Shown piece after piece: positions 16,517-26,256 of a DNA stretch of 52,698 nt. A program made the position numbers and the translations under genes. Numbering within the stretch: the stretch's first letter is position 1; each line of letters begins with the position of its first letter. The stretch is from Dehalococcoidia bacterium (lineage in GTDB: Bacteria; Chloroflexota; Dehalococcoidia; SHYM01). The stretch spans positions 1 through 52,698 of the forward strand of contig SHYM01000002.1 in NCBI GenBank assembly GCA_009692805.1. The letters run 5' to 3'. The notes beneath the pieces were generated by a model, which was not told the DNA's origin, did no database searches, and was given only the letters and a program-made list of their open reading frames with translations.

Positions 16517-17581
16517 ACGGCACGACAACGCCAACGCGCGCAATCCCTGGGTGCTACTGTAGGCCGGCGCAAGGTCTCCCGGTGGAGCACCGACCGCCGC
16601 CTGCGGCGGCTAGCCATCATCACCGGGGTTCTCGCCGTAGCCGCGGTGGCTGCGGTGCTGATCGTCGGCTACGTCCGCACCCTGGCCGGGCCCCTACGGG
16701 AACCTGTCGGCCAGGTGAACGACGTGGTCATAACCATGGGCGAGTACGTCAAACGCCTGCGGGTCTATGAGCTCAGCGTGAGGGGCAGCGGCCAGCAGCC
16801 GGACTACTCCCAAGTCCCCTTTACCCTGGTGTTCGGGATGCAGGACGAGGAGCTGATACGCCAGGGGGCCCCGCGGCACGGGGTTCGGGTGACTCCCGCC
16901 GAGGTGGAGCAGGAGCTACGGACGCGGGTCCTGAGAACACAAGGCCGGACGGAGAGCCCCGAGACTATCGACGCCGCCCATTTCAAAGAGATATACGCTC
17001 AGTTCCTCAGCGAGCTGAAGCTCAGGGACCCAGACTTTCGCCGTATAGTGGAAGGGGAGGTCCTGAGGGGGCAGCTCAAGGGCCTCCTGGCCCAGGACCC
17101 CGACCAGGTGCCGGCGGTGGCCGAACAGGTCCACCTGCGCGCCATCGTGCTGGGGACCCCCCAGGAGGGCCAGCCGACCGTCACGCCGGAGCAGGTCATC
17201 GACCGCCTGCGTCGGGGCGAGGATTTCGGCGCCCTCGCGGCGGAGCTCTCCTCCCATCGCTCTGCGCGCGACGGGGGCGACCTAGGCTTCAAGCCACGCC
17301 ACGTCTTGGCGGACGAGGTGGACCAAGTCGCCTTCTCGGCGCCATTCGGACCCGTCTACACGCCCATCGGCACCGGCGCAGGCTCCTGGATCATCGAGGT
17401 ATTGGCGAAGGATGAGAACCGCCGCGTGAGCGTGGAAGACTTCGAGGTCTTGAAGGAGTTCGCCCTCTCCAACTGGCTCCGGGAGCAGCGCAAGGAAGGG
17501 AAGAACACCGTCAAGATCTTCTGGGACTCGGGCCGCTACGAGTTCGCGGTGGAGCAGGCCCGTAGGATCAGGAAGACCTGA
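16517..17581 (+). CDS. Membrane-anchored parvulin-type peptidyl-prolyl isomerase (SurA/PrsA-like), apparent ACG start
   Basis: The PpiC domain reads HLRAIVL..GEDFGALAAELSSH.SARDGGDLGF. The track ORF (16646 GTG) would begin inside the only TM helix (LAIITGVLAVAAVAAVLIVGYV). The frame is open from 16484. AGGGAGG lies 7 nt upstream of the ACG at 16517, giving T-ARQRQRA, a basic N-terminus. The conservative extent is 16646..17581. Confidence 0.7.
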   Translation, partial: TARQRQRAQSLGATVGRRKVSRWSTDRRLRRLAIITGVLAVAAVAAVLIVGYVRTLAGPLREPVGQVNDVVITMGEYVKRLRVYELSVRGSGQQPDYSQVPFTLVFGMQDEELIRQGAPRHGVRVTPAEVEQELRTRVLRTQGRTESPETIDAAHFKEIYAQFLSELKLRDPDFRRIVEGEVLRGQLKGLLAQDPDQVPAVAEQVHLRAIVLGTPQEGQPTVTPEQVIDRLRRGEDFGALAAELSSHRSARDGGDLGFKPRHVLADEVDQVAFSAPFGPVYTPIGTGAGSWIIEVLAKDENRRVSVEDFEVLKEFALSNWLREQRKEGKNTVKIFWDSGRYEFAVEQARRIRKT

Positions 17582-17584
17582 GCC

Positions 17585-18898
17585 GTGGCAAGGCAGCGGC
17601 CCGGGCGTGCTAAGTCCATAGGTCTCGGCATCCTCGGCCTGGGAGTGGTGGGCGGCGGCGTCTACAGGGCCCTTAGCCAGAAGGCCGCCGTCCTGGCGGA
17701 GCGGGCCGGAGGACCCTTGACCGTGGAGGCCATCCTGGTGCGCGACCTTAAAAAGGGCCGCGCCGTGCAGCCGCCCCCGCGGCTGCTGACCACGGACCCC
17801 AAGGATGTCCTGGGGAATCCACGGGTGGACGTGGTGGTGGAGCTCCTGGGCGGCGAGCAGCCGGCCCTGGAATACATCCAGGAGGCCCTCCGCAGCGGCC
17901 GCCACGTGGTCACGGCCAACAAGGATGTGCTGGCCAAGCATGGCGCCCAGCTCCTGGCCCTGGGCCGCGAGCGCGACGTTGGCCTGCAGTTCGAGGCGAG
18001 CGTGGGCGGTGGCATCCCCATCATCGGGTCCCTGCTCCACGACCTCCTGGCGAACAACCTGACCGCCGTCTACGGCATCATCAACGGCACCACGAACTAC
18101 ATCCTCACCAAGATGGCCCGGGAGGGGCTCGACTTCGCCCCCGCCCTGAAGCAGGCCCAGGACCTGGGCTACGCCGAGGCGGACCCCAGCCACGACATCC
18201 AGGGGACCGACGCCGCCTACAAGCTGGCCATCCTCGCTACCCTGGCCTTTCACACCCAGGTCCGCCCGGAAGACGTCTATCGGGAGGGGATAGAGCGGCT
18301 GGCGAGCCGCGACTTCCGCTACGCCCAGGAGCTAGGCTACGCCATCAAGCTCCTGGCCATCGCCAAAGCCGAGGAAGGGGCGATCCAGGCGCGGGTGCAC
18401 CCCGTTTTCCTGCCCCAGGACTACCCCCTGGCCAAGGTGGACGGTGTCTTCAATGCCGTGCAGGTGGAGGGCGACCTGGTGGGCCCGCTCTTGTTTCAGG
18501 GGCAGGGCGCTGGCGCGCTGCCCACTGCCAGCGCGGTGGTGGCGGATATAATCCACGCCGCCAAGGATATCAGACAGGGTGGGCCCGCCACTCCCCTGCC
18601 CCTGCTGAACGACTCTCGGCCCGTGCGGCCCATGGCCGAGGTCAGGACTCGCTATTATCTGCGGCTCAGCGTCTCCGACCAGCCCGGCGTGCTCGCCCAG
18701 ATCGCCCAGGTCCTAGGCGAGCAGCAGATCAGCATCGCCTCCGTCATCCAGAAAGAGGTGTACGAAGAGGCCCAGACCGCCGAGCTGGTGATCATGACCC
18801 ACAAGGCGCGGGAGGACGCCTTCCAGGAAGCCTTGCGGCGCTTGGCCCTGTTGTCGGTGGTGAGCGAGGTCGGTAACTACGTGCGGGTGGAGGGCTGA
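17585..18898 (+). CDS. hom: Homoserine dehydrogenase with a C-terminal ACT domain
   Basis: Contains GLGILGLGVVGGGV, the catalytic domain (NGTTNYILT, AEADPSHDIQGTDAAYKL) and an ACT-like tail. Confidence 0.9.
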   Translation: MARQRPGRAKSIGLGILGLGVVGGGVYRALSQKAAVLAERAGGPLTVEAILVRDLKKGRAVQPPPRLLTTDPKDVLGNPRVDVVVELLGGEQPALEYIQEALRSGRHVVTANKDVLAKHGAQLLALGRERDVGLQFEASVGGGIPIIGSLLHDLLANNLTAVYGIINGTTNYILTKMAREGLDFAPALKQAQDLGYAEADPSHDIQGTDAAYKLAILATLAFHTQVRPEDVYREGIERLASRDFRYAQELGYAIKLLAIAKAEEGAIQARVHPVFLPQDYPLAKVDGVFNAVQVEGDLVGPLLFQGQGAGALPTASAVVADIIHAAKDIRQGGPATPLPLLNDSRPVRPMAEVRTRYYLRLSVSDQPGVLAQIAQVLGEQQISIASVIQKEVYEEAQTAELVIMTHKAREDAFQEALRRLALLSVVSEVGNYVRVEG

Positions 18899-18952
18899 GC
18901 CTCTCGGGCGCTTGTATATAATGGCCCCGATATCCACGGGGGCGAGGGGGGT

Positions 18953-19957
18953 GTGGTGGACCGGATTGCGATCGTCGGCCTGGGCCTCATCGGCGGCTCC
19001 ATCGGCCTGGCGCTAAAGGCGGCCAAGCTCCACAACGTGGAGGTCGTGGGGTGCGATGTGAGCCGGCAGGCCCTGCTGGAAGCCAAGCGGCGCGGCGCCG
19101 TGGACCGGACCGAGGGTAGCCTGCGCGAGGCCCTCAAGGGCGCCGATCTGGTGATCCTGTCCGTCCCGGTGCTGGCCACTAAGGACGTCCTCCAGGTTGC
19201 GGTGCCGTTTCTGAAGGAGGGCGTGGTGCTGACCGATACCGGCAGCACCAAGGCACGGGTGATGGAGTGGGCCCAGGAGCTCCTGCCGCCAAATGTAAGC
19301 TTTGTCGGTGGCCACCCCCTGGCGGGCAAGGAGACCTCGGGTATCCAGGGAGCGGAGGCGACCCTGTTCCGGGGCGCGGTCTACGCCCTCTGCCCCCAGC
19401 CCTCCGCCGATCCCGAGGCGGTGAAGGTGGTGGGGTGGCTGGTGGAGAGCGTGCTGGGAGCGCGCGCCTTCTTCGTCGACCCCCACGAGCACGATGGCCT
19501 GGTGGCGGGCATTAGCCACCTGCCCATCATCCTCTCCGCGGCGCTGGTCTCCTGCACTTCTCAGAGCCCCTCTTGGCGAGAGATGTCCAAGCTGGCGGCG
19601 ACGGGGTTCCGGGACATATCGAGGCTGGCTGCGGGAGACCCGACCATGAACCGGGACATCTGCCTCAGCAACCGGGAGAGCCTGGCGCGCTGGATAGATG
19701 TGTGTATACAGGAGCTGCAGGAGTACCGGCGCCTCATGTTGGAGGAGAGCCCGGCCTTGGGCGAGCGCTTCAACAAGGCCTGGGAGCAGCGGGCCCTGTG
19801 GATGCTGGACCGCGAGGGCAAGGCCAACGAGCGCACCCTGCCCGACCTACCCAGCGCCGGTGAGCGCATGTCCTCCCTCTTCTTCGGGGACTGGGCGACC
19901 AAGCGGGCCCACCAGATGATGGAGGGCCCCAAGCGGCCGGCCGAGCCGAAGAAGTAG
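18953..19957 (+). CDS. tyrA: Prephenate dehydrogenase
   Basis: Contains IAIVGLGLIGGSIGLALK, TDTGSTK, GGHPLAG and SHLP. A TATAAT hexamer lies at 18917-18922 upstream. Confidence 0.85.
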   Translation: MVDRIAIVGLGLIGGSIGLALKAAKLHNVEVVGCDVSRQALLEAKRRGAVDRTEGSLREALKGADLVILSVPVLATKDVLQVAVPFLKEGVVLTDTGSTKARVMEWAQELLPPNVSFVGGHPLAGKETSGIQGAEATLFRGAVYALCPQPSADPEAVKVVGWLVESVLGARAFFVDPHEHDGLVAGISHLPIILSAALVSCTSQSPSWREMSKLAATGFRDISRLAAGDPTMNRDICLSNRESLARWIDVCIQELQEYRRLMLEESPALGERFNKAWEQRALWMLDREGKANERTLPDLPSAGERMSSLFFGDWATKRAHQMMEGPKRPAEPKK

Positions 19958-19960
19958 GGG

Positions 19961-21250
19961 ATGGAACGGCGGGTCAGCTCTCCGCGGTCCCTGCAGGGCG
20001 AGGTCACCGTCCCCGGCGATAAGTCCATATCCCATCGCGCCGTCCTCTTCAACGCCCTCGCCGACGGCAGCGCGCACATTCGTAACTTCGCCCCCGGCCA
20101 GGACTGCCGTAGCACCGTGGCCTGTCTGCGCAACCTGGGAGTGGCGGTAGAGGAGCCACGGCCAGGGGTGCTGGTGGTCCACGGAGTGGGGCTCCCGGGT
20201 CTGGCAGAGCCGCCAGACGTCCTCGACGCCGGCAACAGCGGCACCACCATCCGGCTGCTCACCGGGGTCCTGGCGGCCCAGCCGTTTCTTTCTGTCGTCA
20301 CCGGCGATGGCTCCCTGCGCTCCCGGCCTATGGGGCGCATCATCCAGCCCCTGCGCCTCATGGGCGCCCAGATCTGGGCGCGGGGCGGCGACAGCTTGGC
20401 CCCCCTGGCGATCCACGGGCGCCCTTTGCAAGGCGTCCGGCACCGCCTGCCGGTGGCTAGCGCCCAGTTGAAATCGTGCCTGCTCCTGGCCGGCCTCTTC
20501 GCCACGGGCGAGACCGTCGTCGAGGAGCCCGTCGCCTCCCGCGACCATACGGAGCGGCTGCTGCGGGCCATGGGCGCCGATCTCTCCTCCCAGGGCAATG
20601 CCGTCACCGTCCGCCCCGCTAAGGCGCTGCGCCCCCTGGATATCGAGGTGCCCGGCGACATCAGCTCCGCGGCTGCCTGGCTGGTGGCCGGGGCCGTCCA
20701 CCCCCACGCCAGGGTCACCATCAAGGGCGTGGGGGTCAACAGCACCCGCACCGGGATCATCGATATCTTGCGAGAGATGGGCGCGCGGATCACGCTGTCG
20801 GGCCAGCGCGACGTGGGCGGCGAGCCGGTGGCCGACCTCACGGTGGAGTCCAGCGCCCTGCGCGGCCACGAGGAGATCGCCGGCGCCCTCATCCCCCGCG
20901 CCATCGACGAGCTGCCCCTGGTGGCCCTGGCGGCCTGCTTCGCCACCGGCAAGACCACCATCCGCGACGCCCAGGAGCTGCGGGTCAAGGAATCGGACCG
21001 GGTGGCGGTAACAGCCCAGGAGCTCCGGCGATTGGGCGCCCGCATCGAGGAGCGGCCCGACGGCATGGTGGTCCAGGGCCCCACCCCCCTGCGGGGCGCT
21101 CTCGGAGAGAGCCATGGCGACCACCGCCTGGCGATGCTGCTAGGGGTCGCGGGCGCCCTGGCCAGCGGCGAGACGGTGGTCTCCGGCGCCGACGACGTCG
21201 CCGTCTCCTACCCCGGCTTTTGGGACGACCTGGCCTCCCTCAGCCGCTGA
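19961..21250 (+). CDS. aroA: 3-phosphoshikimate 1-carboxyvinyltransferase (EPSP synthase)
   Basis: Contains PGDKSISHRA, LDAGNSGTTIRLL, RPMGRI, ESDR and DHRLAM. Confidence 0.95.
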   Translation: MERRVSSPRSLQGEVTVPGDKSISHRAVLFNALADGSAHIRNFAPGQDCRSTVACLRNLGVAVEEPRPGVLVVHGVGLPGLAEPPDVLDAGNSGTTIRLLTGVLAAQPFLSVVTGDGSLRSRPMGRIIQPLRLMGAQIWARGGDSLAPLAIHGRPLQGVRHRLPVASAQLKSCLLLAGLFATGETVVEEPVASRDHTERLLRAMGADLSSQGNAVTVRPAKALRPLDIEVPGDISSAAAWLVAGAVHPHARVTIKGVGVNSTRTGIIDILREMGARITLSGQRDVGGEPVADLTVESSALRGHEEIAGALIPRAIDELPLVALAACFATGKTTIRDAQELRVKESDRVAVTAQELRRLGARIEERPDGMVVQGPTPLRGALGESHGDHRLAMLLGVAGALASGETVVSGADDVAVSYPGFWDDLASLSR

Positions 21251-21313
21251 GCCGCCGAGCTCGCTGGCAGACGGACAGATGATAGCTGGTGCAGATGAGG
21301 GCCCCCTGGAGCC

Positions 21314-21919
21314 ATGAAGGCGGCGGAGCCTAGTCCCCTCCTGGTGGTCCTCTCCGGCCCCTCGGGGGTCGGGAAGGATGTCGCCCTCAAGCGCATGATG
21401 GAGGTGGGCTGTCCTCTGACGCCGGTGGTCACCGCCACCACCAGGCTCCAGCGCCCCGGCGAGCTCCACGGCCGCGAGTATCTGTTCCTGTCCCCCCAGG
21501 AGTTCGACCGCCTGCTGGCGGCGGAGGAGTTCCTGGAGCACGCTACCGTCTACGGCCACCGCTACGGCGTGCCCAAGCAGCAGGTGCGGGAGGCCCTCGC
21601 CAGGGGCCAGGACGTCCTCATCAAGACCGATGTCCAGGGGGCGGCGGCGATCCGCGCCCTGGTCCCCCAGGCGCTCCTGATCTTCCTGGCGCCTCCTAGC
21701 CTGGAGGAGCTGGCCACCCGCCTGCGGCAGCGCAAGACGGAGGCCCCGGCCGACCTGGAACGCCGCCTGCGGACGGCGGCGCAGGAGATGGAGCAGCAGC
21801 GCCTCTTCGACCACGTGGTCGTCAACCACAACGGCCGCCTCGACGAGGCCGTGGAGCGCATCGAGGCCATCGTGGAAGTGGAGAAACAACGCGCCGGTCG
21901 CCCCCCCGTGAGGCTGTGA
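21314..21919 (+). CDS. gmk: Guanylate kinase
   Basis: Contains LLVVLSGPSGVGKD, TTR..RPGE..G.EY.F and YGV. Confidence 0.9.
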   Translation: MKAAEPSPLLVVLSGPSGVGKDVALKRMMEVGCPLTPVVTATTRLQRPGELHGREYLFLSPQEFDRLLAAEEFLEHATVYGHRYGVPKQQVREALARGQDVLIKTDVQGAAAIRALVPQALLIFLAPPSLEELATRLRQRKTEAPADLERRLRTAAQEMEQQRLFDHVVVNHNGRLDEAVERIEAIVEVEKQRAGRPPVRL

Positions 21920-21938
21920 GCCTTCTGGAGGCTTGAGA

Positions 21939-23264
21939 TCAGGGTGGCGCCGCCGCCTGTCCCCGCGTTACGGGCTGACGCGGCGGCTGGGCGAGGAGGA
22001 TGATAGGGATGGCTGCCAGCGTGGCGGCGGCCAATCCCAGGAAGGCCAGGTAGTAGGTGCCTGTCACGTCGTGTACCCACCCGGCCAGCACCGGCGCCGC
22101 TACTCCTAGCCCCACCCCCGAGACGCCCATCAGGCCCTGGATGCTGGCGAAGGCGCGGCGGCCGAAGAAGTCAGCTTGAAGGGCGGGCCGCAGGGGTATG
22201 GCGCCTCCATAGCCGATGGAGTAGGTCGCCAGCCAGGGGATCAGCCACCAGCCGTTGACCGCGTAGGCCAGGATGACCAGGCCCACGGCCTGGAGCACCC
22301 AGGTCAAGGCGATGATCTTGCGCTTATCGTAGAAGTCTCCCAGCCAGCCCAGGATTAGCCGGGCGCCCGCGCTGATGAAGGTCATCGCCGGGATGACCGC
22401 GGCTGCCAGGCCCTTGGGGATGCCTAGGTCTAGCATGAAGGGGTAGATGTGCAGCATCACGGCGGCGATGGTCATGCCGGAGAGCGCCGTGGCCAGGGAG
22501 AGGAGCCAGAACGCGGGCGTCCGCAGGGCCTCCCTGGCGGTTAGGTTGACCTCTGGCGCCGCTCCTGCCTCCTGGCTCAGGGCATGAGTGCGGCGGCGCA
22601 CCTCCTGCCGCAGGCTGTCGGTAGCCGGTTTGTCTGGAGAATCGCCGTCGGGGAGGAGACCGTACTGCTCCGGGCGATGGCGCAGCGCCAGGGCCATGGG
22701 CAGGCAGACGACCCAGATGCCCACCCCCACCAGGAGCATCGCCGGCCGCCATCCGAAGGCGCTGATGAGCCATACCAGCAGGGGAAAGTACAGCCCCGCC
22801 GTGACGCCCGTCGAGGCCATCAGGACCCCCATGGCGCGGGCCCGCTTGCGGATGAACCAGTTGGCCACCGTTGCCATCAGCATGCTGCCGAAGCCGGCGC
22901 TGAAACCCAGGGAGATAATCAGGAATCCCAGGTAAAAGCTCCACAAGTTTTCTATGCGGCTGAGGAAGATGAACCCGCCGCCCGCTACGAGCATCCCGGC
23001 TAAGACCATGCGGCGGGGGCCAATCTTATCGAAGGCGAAGCCCATGATGACGCCCGCGATGCCTCCCTCCAGCCGCTGGAGGGAGAAGCCGACGGAGGTC
23101 ACGGCGCGGCTCCAGCCGAACTCCTGGGTGATGGGAGGGAAGAAGGCGCTGAAGCCGTAGAAAAAGGTGCCGCCGCCGTAGGACATGATGCCGGCGCAGG
23201 CGGCGACGATCCACCAGCCGTAGAAGACTCGGGGGCGCGAGCTTGCCCGCGCTGGGCCCTTCAT
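21939..23264 (-). CDS. MFS transporter (about 12 TM segments)
   Basis: Hydrophobic periodicity throughout. Contains an MFS-like GFAFDKIGPRR loop between TM2 and TM3 and a central cytoplasmic loop. Confidence 0.8.
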   Translation of the reverse strand: MKGPARASSRPRVFYGWWIVAACAGIMSYGGGTFFYGFSAFFPPITQEFGWSRAVTSVGFSLQRLEGGIAGVIMGFAFDKIGPRRMVLAGMLVAGGGFIFLSRIENLWSFYLGFLIISLGFSAGFGSMLMATVANWFIRKRARAMGVLMASTGVTAGLYFPLLVWLISAFGWRPAMLLVGVGIWVVCLPMALALRHRPEQYGLLPDGDSPDKPATDSLRQEVRRRTHALSQEAGAAPEVNLTAREALRTPAFWLLSLATALSGMTIAAVMLHIYPFMLDLGIPKGLAAAVIPAMTFISAGARLILGWLGDFYDKRKIIALTWVLQAVGLVILAYAVNGWWLIPWLATYSIGYGGAIPLRPALQADFFGRRAFASIQGLMGVSGVGLGVAAPVLAGWVHDVTGTYYLAFLGLAAATLAAIPIILLAQPPRQPVTRGQAAAPP

Positions 23265-23408
23265 CTTAGGTTTCGCCTTCGAGGGCGGAGTGCATGTCCA
23301 TGCTGCTAGACTCGATCTTGGGTGCCTGCCTGAGCGTTACTTAACGGACGTCTGGGCACCGTGGCCATGATGCGCTCGCTCGTGGGCAGGGTCAAGACGC
23401 CAGCCCGC

Positions 23409-23525
23409 TTTGCACAAAAGGGGCATCCTGCCGGGGGTCGAAGTCCCGACCCTCGGGATTCTGACCCTTTTCAGACCACCCCTTCCTGGCTATGAGAGGG
23501 ACCAGGGAGGGTCGCGTGCAAAGCC
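23409..23525 (-). mobile_element. MITE-like repeat copy R5 (117 bp) with inverted termini CTTTGCAC, flanked by a 12-bp direct repeat
   Basis: The left end reads TTTGCACAAAAGGGGCATCCTGCCGG. The right end reads GCGTGCAAAGCC. The flanks are ACGCCAGCCCGC (23397-23408) and ACGCCAGCCTGC (23526-23537). Confidence 0.65.
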
Positions 23526-23536
23526 ACGCCAGCCTG

Positions 23537-24199
23537 CTACCAAGCCTCGCCCTGGGACACCATATCCCAGAAGCGCAGCTCCCAGCGGCAGCTCGTGAGG
23601 TACAAGCGTTGCATCAGCCGTAGCGGCGCCTCGCCGCTGCCCGCGGCCAGGTCATCCACCAGCGCGCGCAGCTCCCGCGCCAGTTGGGCGTACTCCCGCG
23701 AGCTGTAGACGCCGATCCACTCCTTGTAGACGGGGCTCTCGCCACCGCGGCCCTTCAGGCGCCGGCCTATCTCATAGTAGCCATACTCGCAGGGCAGCAG
23801 GGCGGCGGCGATCTCCGGCAGGCCGTGGGTGTACGCCACCTGCACCAGGTAGCTGGTGTATCCCAGGGTGGTCGGTGTGGGCTCCGCCTGCTCCAACTCC
23901 CTAGCCGCGATACCGGCCCGGGCGCTGAAGTCGCGGTGGAACTCCATCTCCGTATGCAACGTGGCGTGGAGGAGGGCGCTCAGTTGGCGCATCGCGGGGA
24001 GGTCCTCGGCCTTGGCCACCGCCAGGCTGAGGGCGCGGGCGTACTGGACCAGGAACAGGTAGTCCTGGGCGATGAACTCGCGGAAGCGCTTCTGGGGCAG
24101 GCTGCCCTCGCCGATGCCGAGGACGGCCGGATGCTGCAAAACGGCCTGCCAGATAGGGGCGGCGGCGCGGCGGGCGCGCTCCGTAAACCTCACGGTCAC
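23537..24199 (-). CDS. tenA: TenA/thiaminase II family protein
   Basis: Reads FTERARRAAAPIWQAVLQHPAVLGIGEGSLPQKRFREFIAQDYLFL..EM.FH. I chose the GTG at 24199, which overlaps the glmS stop as GTGA (alternative GTG at 24193). Confidence 0.8.
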   Translation of the reverse strand: MTVRFTERARRAAAPIWQAVLQHPAVLGIGEGSLPQKRFREFIAQDYLFLVQYARALSLAVAKAEDLPAMRQLSALLHATLHTEMEFHRDFSARAGIAARELEQAEPTPTTLGYTSYLVQVAYTHGLPEIAAALLPCEYGYYEIGRRLKGRGGESPVYKEWIGVYSSREYAQLARELRALVDDLAAGSGEAPLRLMQRLYLTSCRWELRFWDMVSQGEAW

Positions 24200-26043
24200 T
24201 CCACCGTCACAGTCTTCGCCAGGTTCCGCGGCTGGTCCACGTCTAGGCCGCGGCACAGCGCAATCTCGTAGGCCAGGCACTGTAGGGGGACCGCCGTCAG
24301 CAGGGGCGACAGCCAGGGCGAGGCCGGCGGCACCCACAGGACATGGTCTACCCGCCGGGCGAGCTCCACGTCGCCCTCGGTCCCCAGGGCGATGACGGTG
24401 CCGTCCCGCGCTTTCACCTCAGAGATGGCCCCCAGCATCTTGTCGTAGAGCGCATCGCGCAGGGCGATGGCCACCACCGGCAGCTCCCGGTCGATGAGGG
24501 CGATGGGGCCATGCTTCATCTCGCCGGCGGGATAGCCCTCGGCATGGATGTAGCTGACCTCTTTGAGCTTCAGGGCGCCTTCCATGGCGACGGGGTACTG
24601 CACGCCCCGGCCCAGGAAGAGGAAGTGCTGGGCGCCGGAGAAGCGCCGGGCCAGGGCTTGGAACTGGTCCCGCCGCTCCAGCAGGCGCCCCAAGGCAGAC
24701 GGTAGCGGCGCCAGGTCGCCCACGAGCTGCCTCAGCCTCTCAGCGCTTACCTCGCCGCGTAGCCTCCCCAGGTGCACAGCCAGCAAGTACAGGGCCAGCA
24801 TGGACCCCAGAAAGGTCTTAGTGCTGGCCACCCCTATCTCCGGCCCGGCGCGGATGAAGATAGCACCGTCGGCCACCTGGGCCGCCTGGCTCCCAGGCAC
24901 GTTGCAGACGACCAGTTGCGGGGCTCCCTTCCGCTTGGTGGCCACCAGCGCTTTCAGGGTGTCCACCGTCTCCCCGGACTGGGTGACGGAGACCACCAGG
25001 GCGTGCTGGTCCAGCGGCGGATCCCTATAGAGCAGCTCGGAGGCGTTGTCCACTTCCGAGGGCAGGCCAGCGATCCCTTCCAGCATCAGTCTGCCCACCA
25101 TGGCGGCGTGGAGGCTGGTGCCCATGCCCAGGAAGATGGCGCGCTGGAACCGGCGGGCCTGGGCTGCTGTAAAGGGGAACTCCTGGCCCAGCCGGACGAG
25201 GGGGGGGTCGAACTGCACCCGGCCCCGCAGGGAGTCCAGCACCACCTCCGGCTGCTCCATGATCTCCTTGATCATGAAGTGCTTGTAGCCCCCCTTGGCT
25301 GCCGCCAGGGGGTCCAGAGAGGAGAGCTGGGGCTCCTTGGCCACCGCCCTACCCTGGTCGTCGAAATAGGTGGCCCCGGTGGCCATGATGACGGCTACCT
25401 CGCCGCTGCGCAGCACCGCTGTCCGCTGGGTATAGGGCAGGAGGGCGGGCAAGTCGCTGGCGACGAACATCTCCCCCTCCCCATATCCTACGACCACGGC
25501 GCCGGCGTAGCCGCTCCGCGCCGCCACGATCTTGTCCGGCTCCAGCGGGCTCAATGCCATTAGGGCCTGGGCGCCGCGGATTTGCCCCAGGGTCAGGCGC
25601 ACCGCCTCCGCGAGCGACTTGCCCTCCCCCAGGGACTCCTCGATGAGATGGGGGATAACCTCGGTGTCAGTCTCGGAGAGGAAGCGGTGGCCTCGGGCGG
25701 CCAGCGCCCGCTTGAGCTCCCCGTAGTTCTCCACGATGCCATTGTGGATTACGCTGACCCGGTTCTCCTCGTCGCTGTGAGGATGGGCGTTGGCCAGGCT
25801 TGGCTTGCCATGGGTGGCCCAGCGGGTGTGGCCGATCCCGACGTTGCCCTTTAGCGTGCGGGCGCTCAGGGCGGCCTCCAGGGCTGCCAGCTTCCCCACC
25901 ACCCTCTTGATAGCGAGCTTGCCGCTGGGGGAGAGGACGGCGACGCCGGCGCTGTCGTAGCCCCGGTATTCCAGCCGTCTCAACCCCTCCAGCACGATAG
26001 GTATGGCGGGCCGCCGCCCCACGTAGCCAACTATGCCGCACAT
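24196..26043 (-). CDS. glmS: Glutamine--fructose-6-phosphate aminotransferase (isomerising)
   Basis: Begins MCGIVGYVG. Contains two SIS domains and the C-terminal LAKTVTVE. 615 aa. Confidence 0.95.
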   Translation of the reverse strand: MCGIVGYVGRRPAIPIVLEGLRRLEYRGYDSAGVAVLSPSGKLAIKRVVGKLAALEAALSARTLKGNVGIGHTRWATHGKPSLANAHPHSDEENRVSVIHNGIVENYGELKRALAARGHRFLSETDTEVIPHLIEESLGEGKSLAEAVRLTLGQIRGAQALMALSPLEPDKIVAARSGYAGAVVVGYGEGEMFVASDLPALLPYTQRTAVLRSGEVAVIMATGATYFDDQGRAVAKEPQLSSLDPLAAAKGGYKHFMIKEIMEQPEVVLDSLRGRVQFDPPLVRLGQEFPFTAAQARRFQRAIFLGMGTSLHAAMVGRLMLEGIAGLPSEVDNASELLYRDPPLDQHALVVSVTQSGETVDTLKALVATKRKGAPQLVVCNVPGSQAAQVADGAIFIRAGPEIGVASTKTFLGSMLALYLLAVHLGRLRGEVSAERLRQLVGDLAPLPSALGRLLERRDQFQALARRFSGAQHFLFLGRGVQYPVAMEGALKLKEVSYIHAEGYPAGEMKHGPIALIDRELPVVAIALRDALYDKMLGAISEVKARDGTVIALGTEGDVELARRVDHVLWVPPASPWLSPLLTAVPLQCLAYEIALCRGLDVDQPRNLAKTVTVE

Positions 26044-26070
26044 GTCTTCTCGTACTCAGGAGGCTGGATG

Positions 26071-26256
26071 GGCGTTGCACTAAAAGAGGCGTTCAAAGAG
26101 TCTCTTCGCCTTCAAAGCCAGCGAACCATCCCCTGTCCCCTTCCTTTCCAGGAAGGGGGTGATATAAGGGAGAGAAAGGGGGACACCCCCTTTGGCCCCC
26201 GGCAGAGGGAGGGCCCCTCTGCACTCCCTGTGTTCCGGCAGGATGCCCTCTCGTGG
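26071..26256 (+). mobile_element. MITE-like repeat copy R6 (186 bp) flanked by a perfect 15-bp direct repeat, inserted 27 nt upstream of the glmS start
   Basis: TCAGGAGGCTGGATG occurs at 26056-26070 and again at 26257-26271. The interior carries TTGCACTAAAAG, CCCCTTCCTTTCCAGGAAGGGGG and GGGAGAGAAAGGGGGACACCCCCTTTGGCCCCCGGCAGAGGG. Confidence 0.7.
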
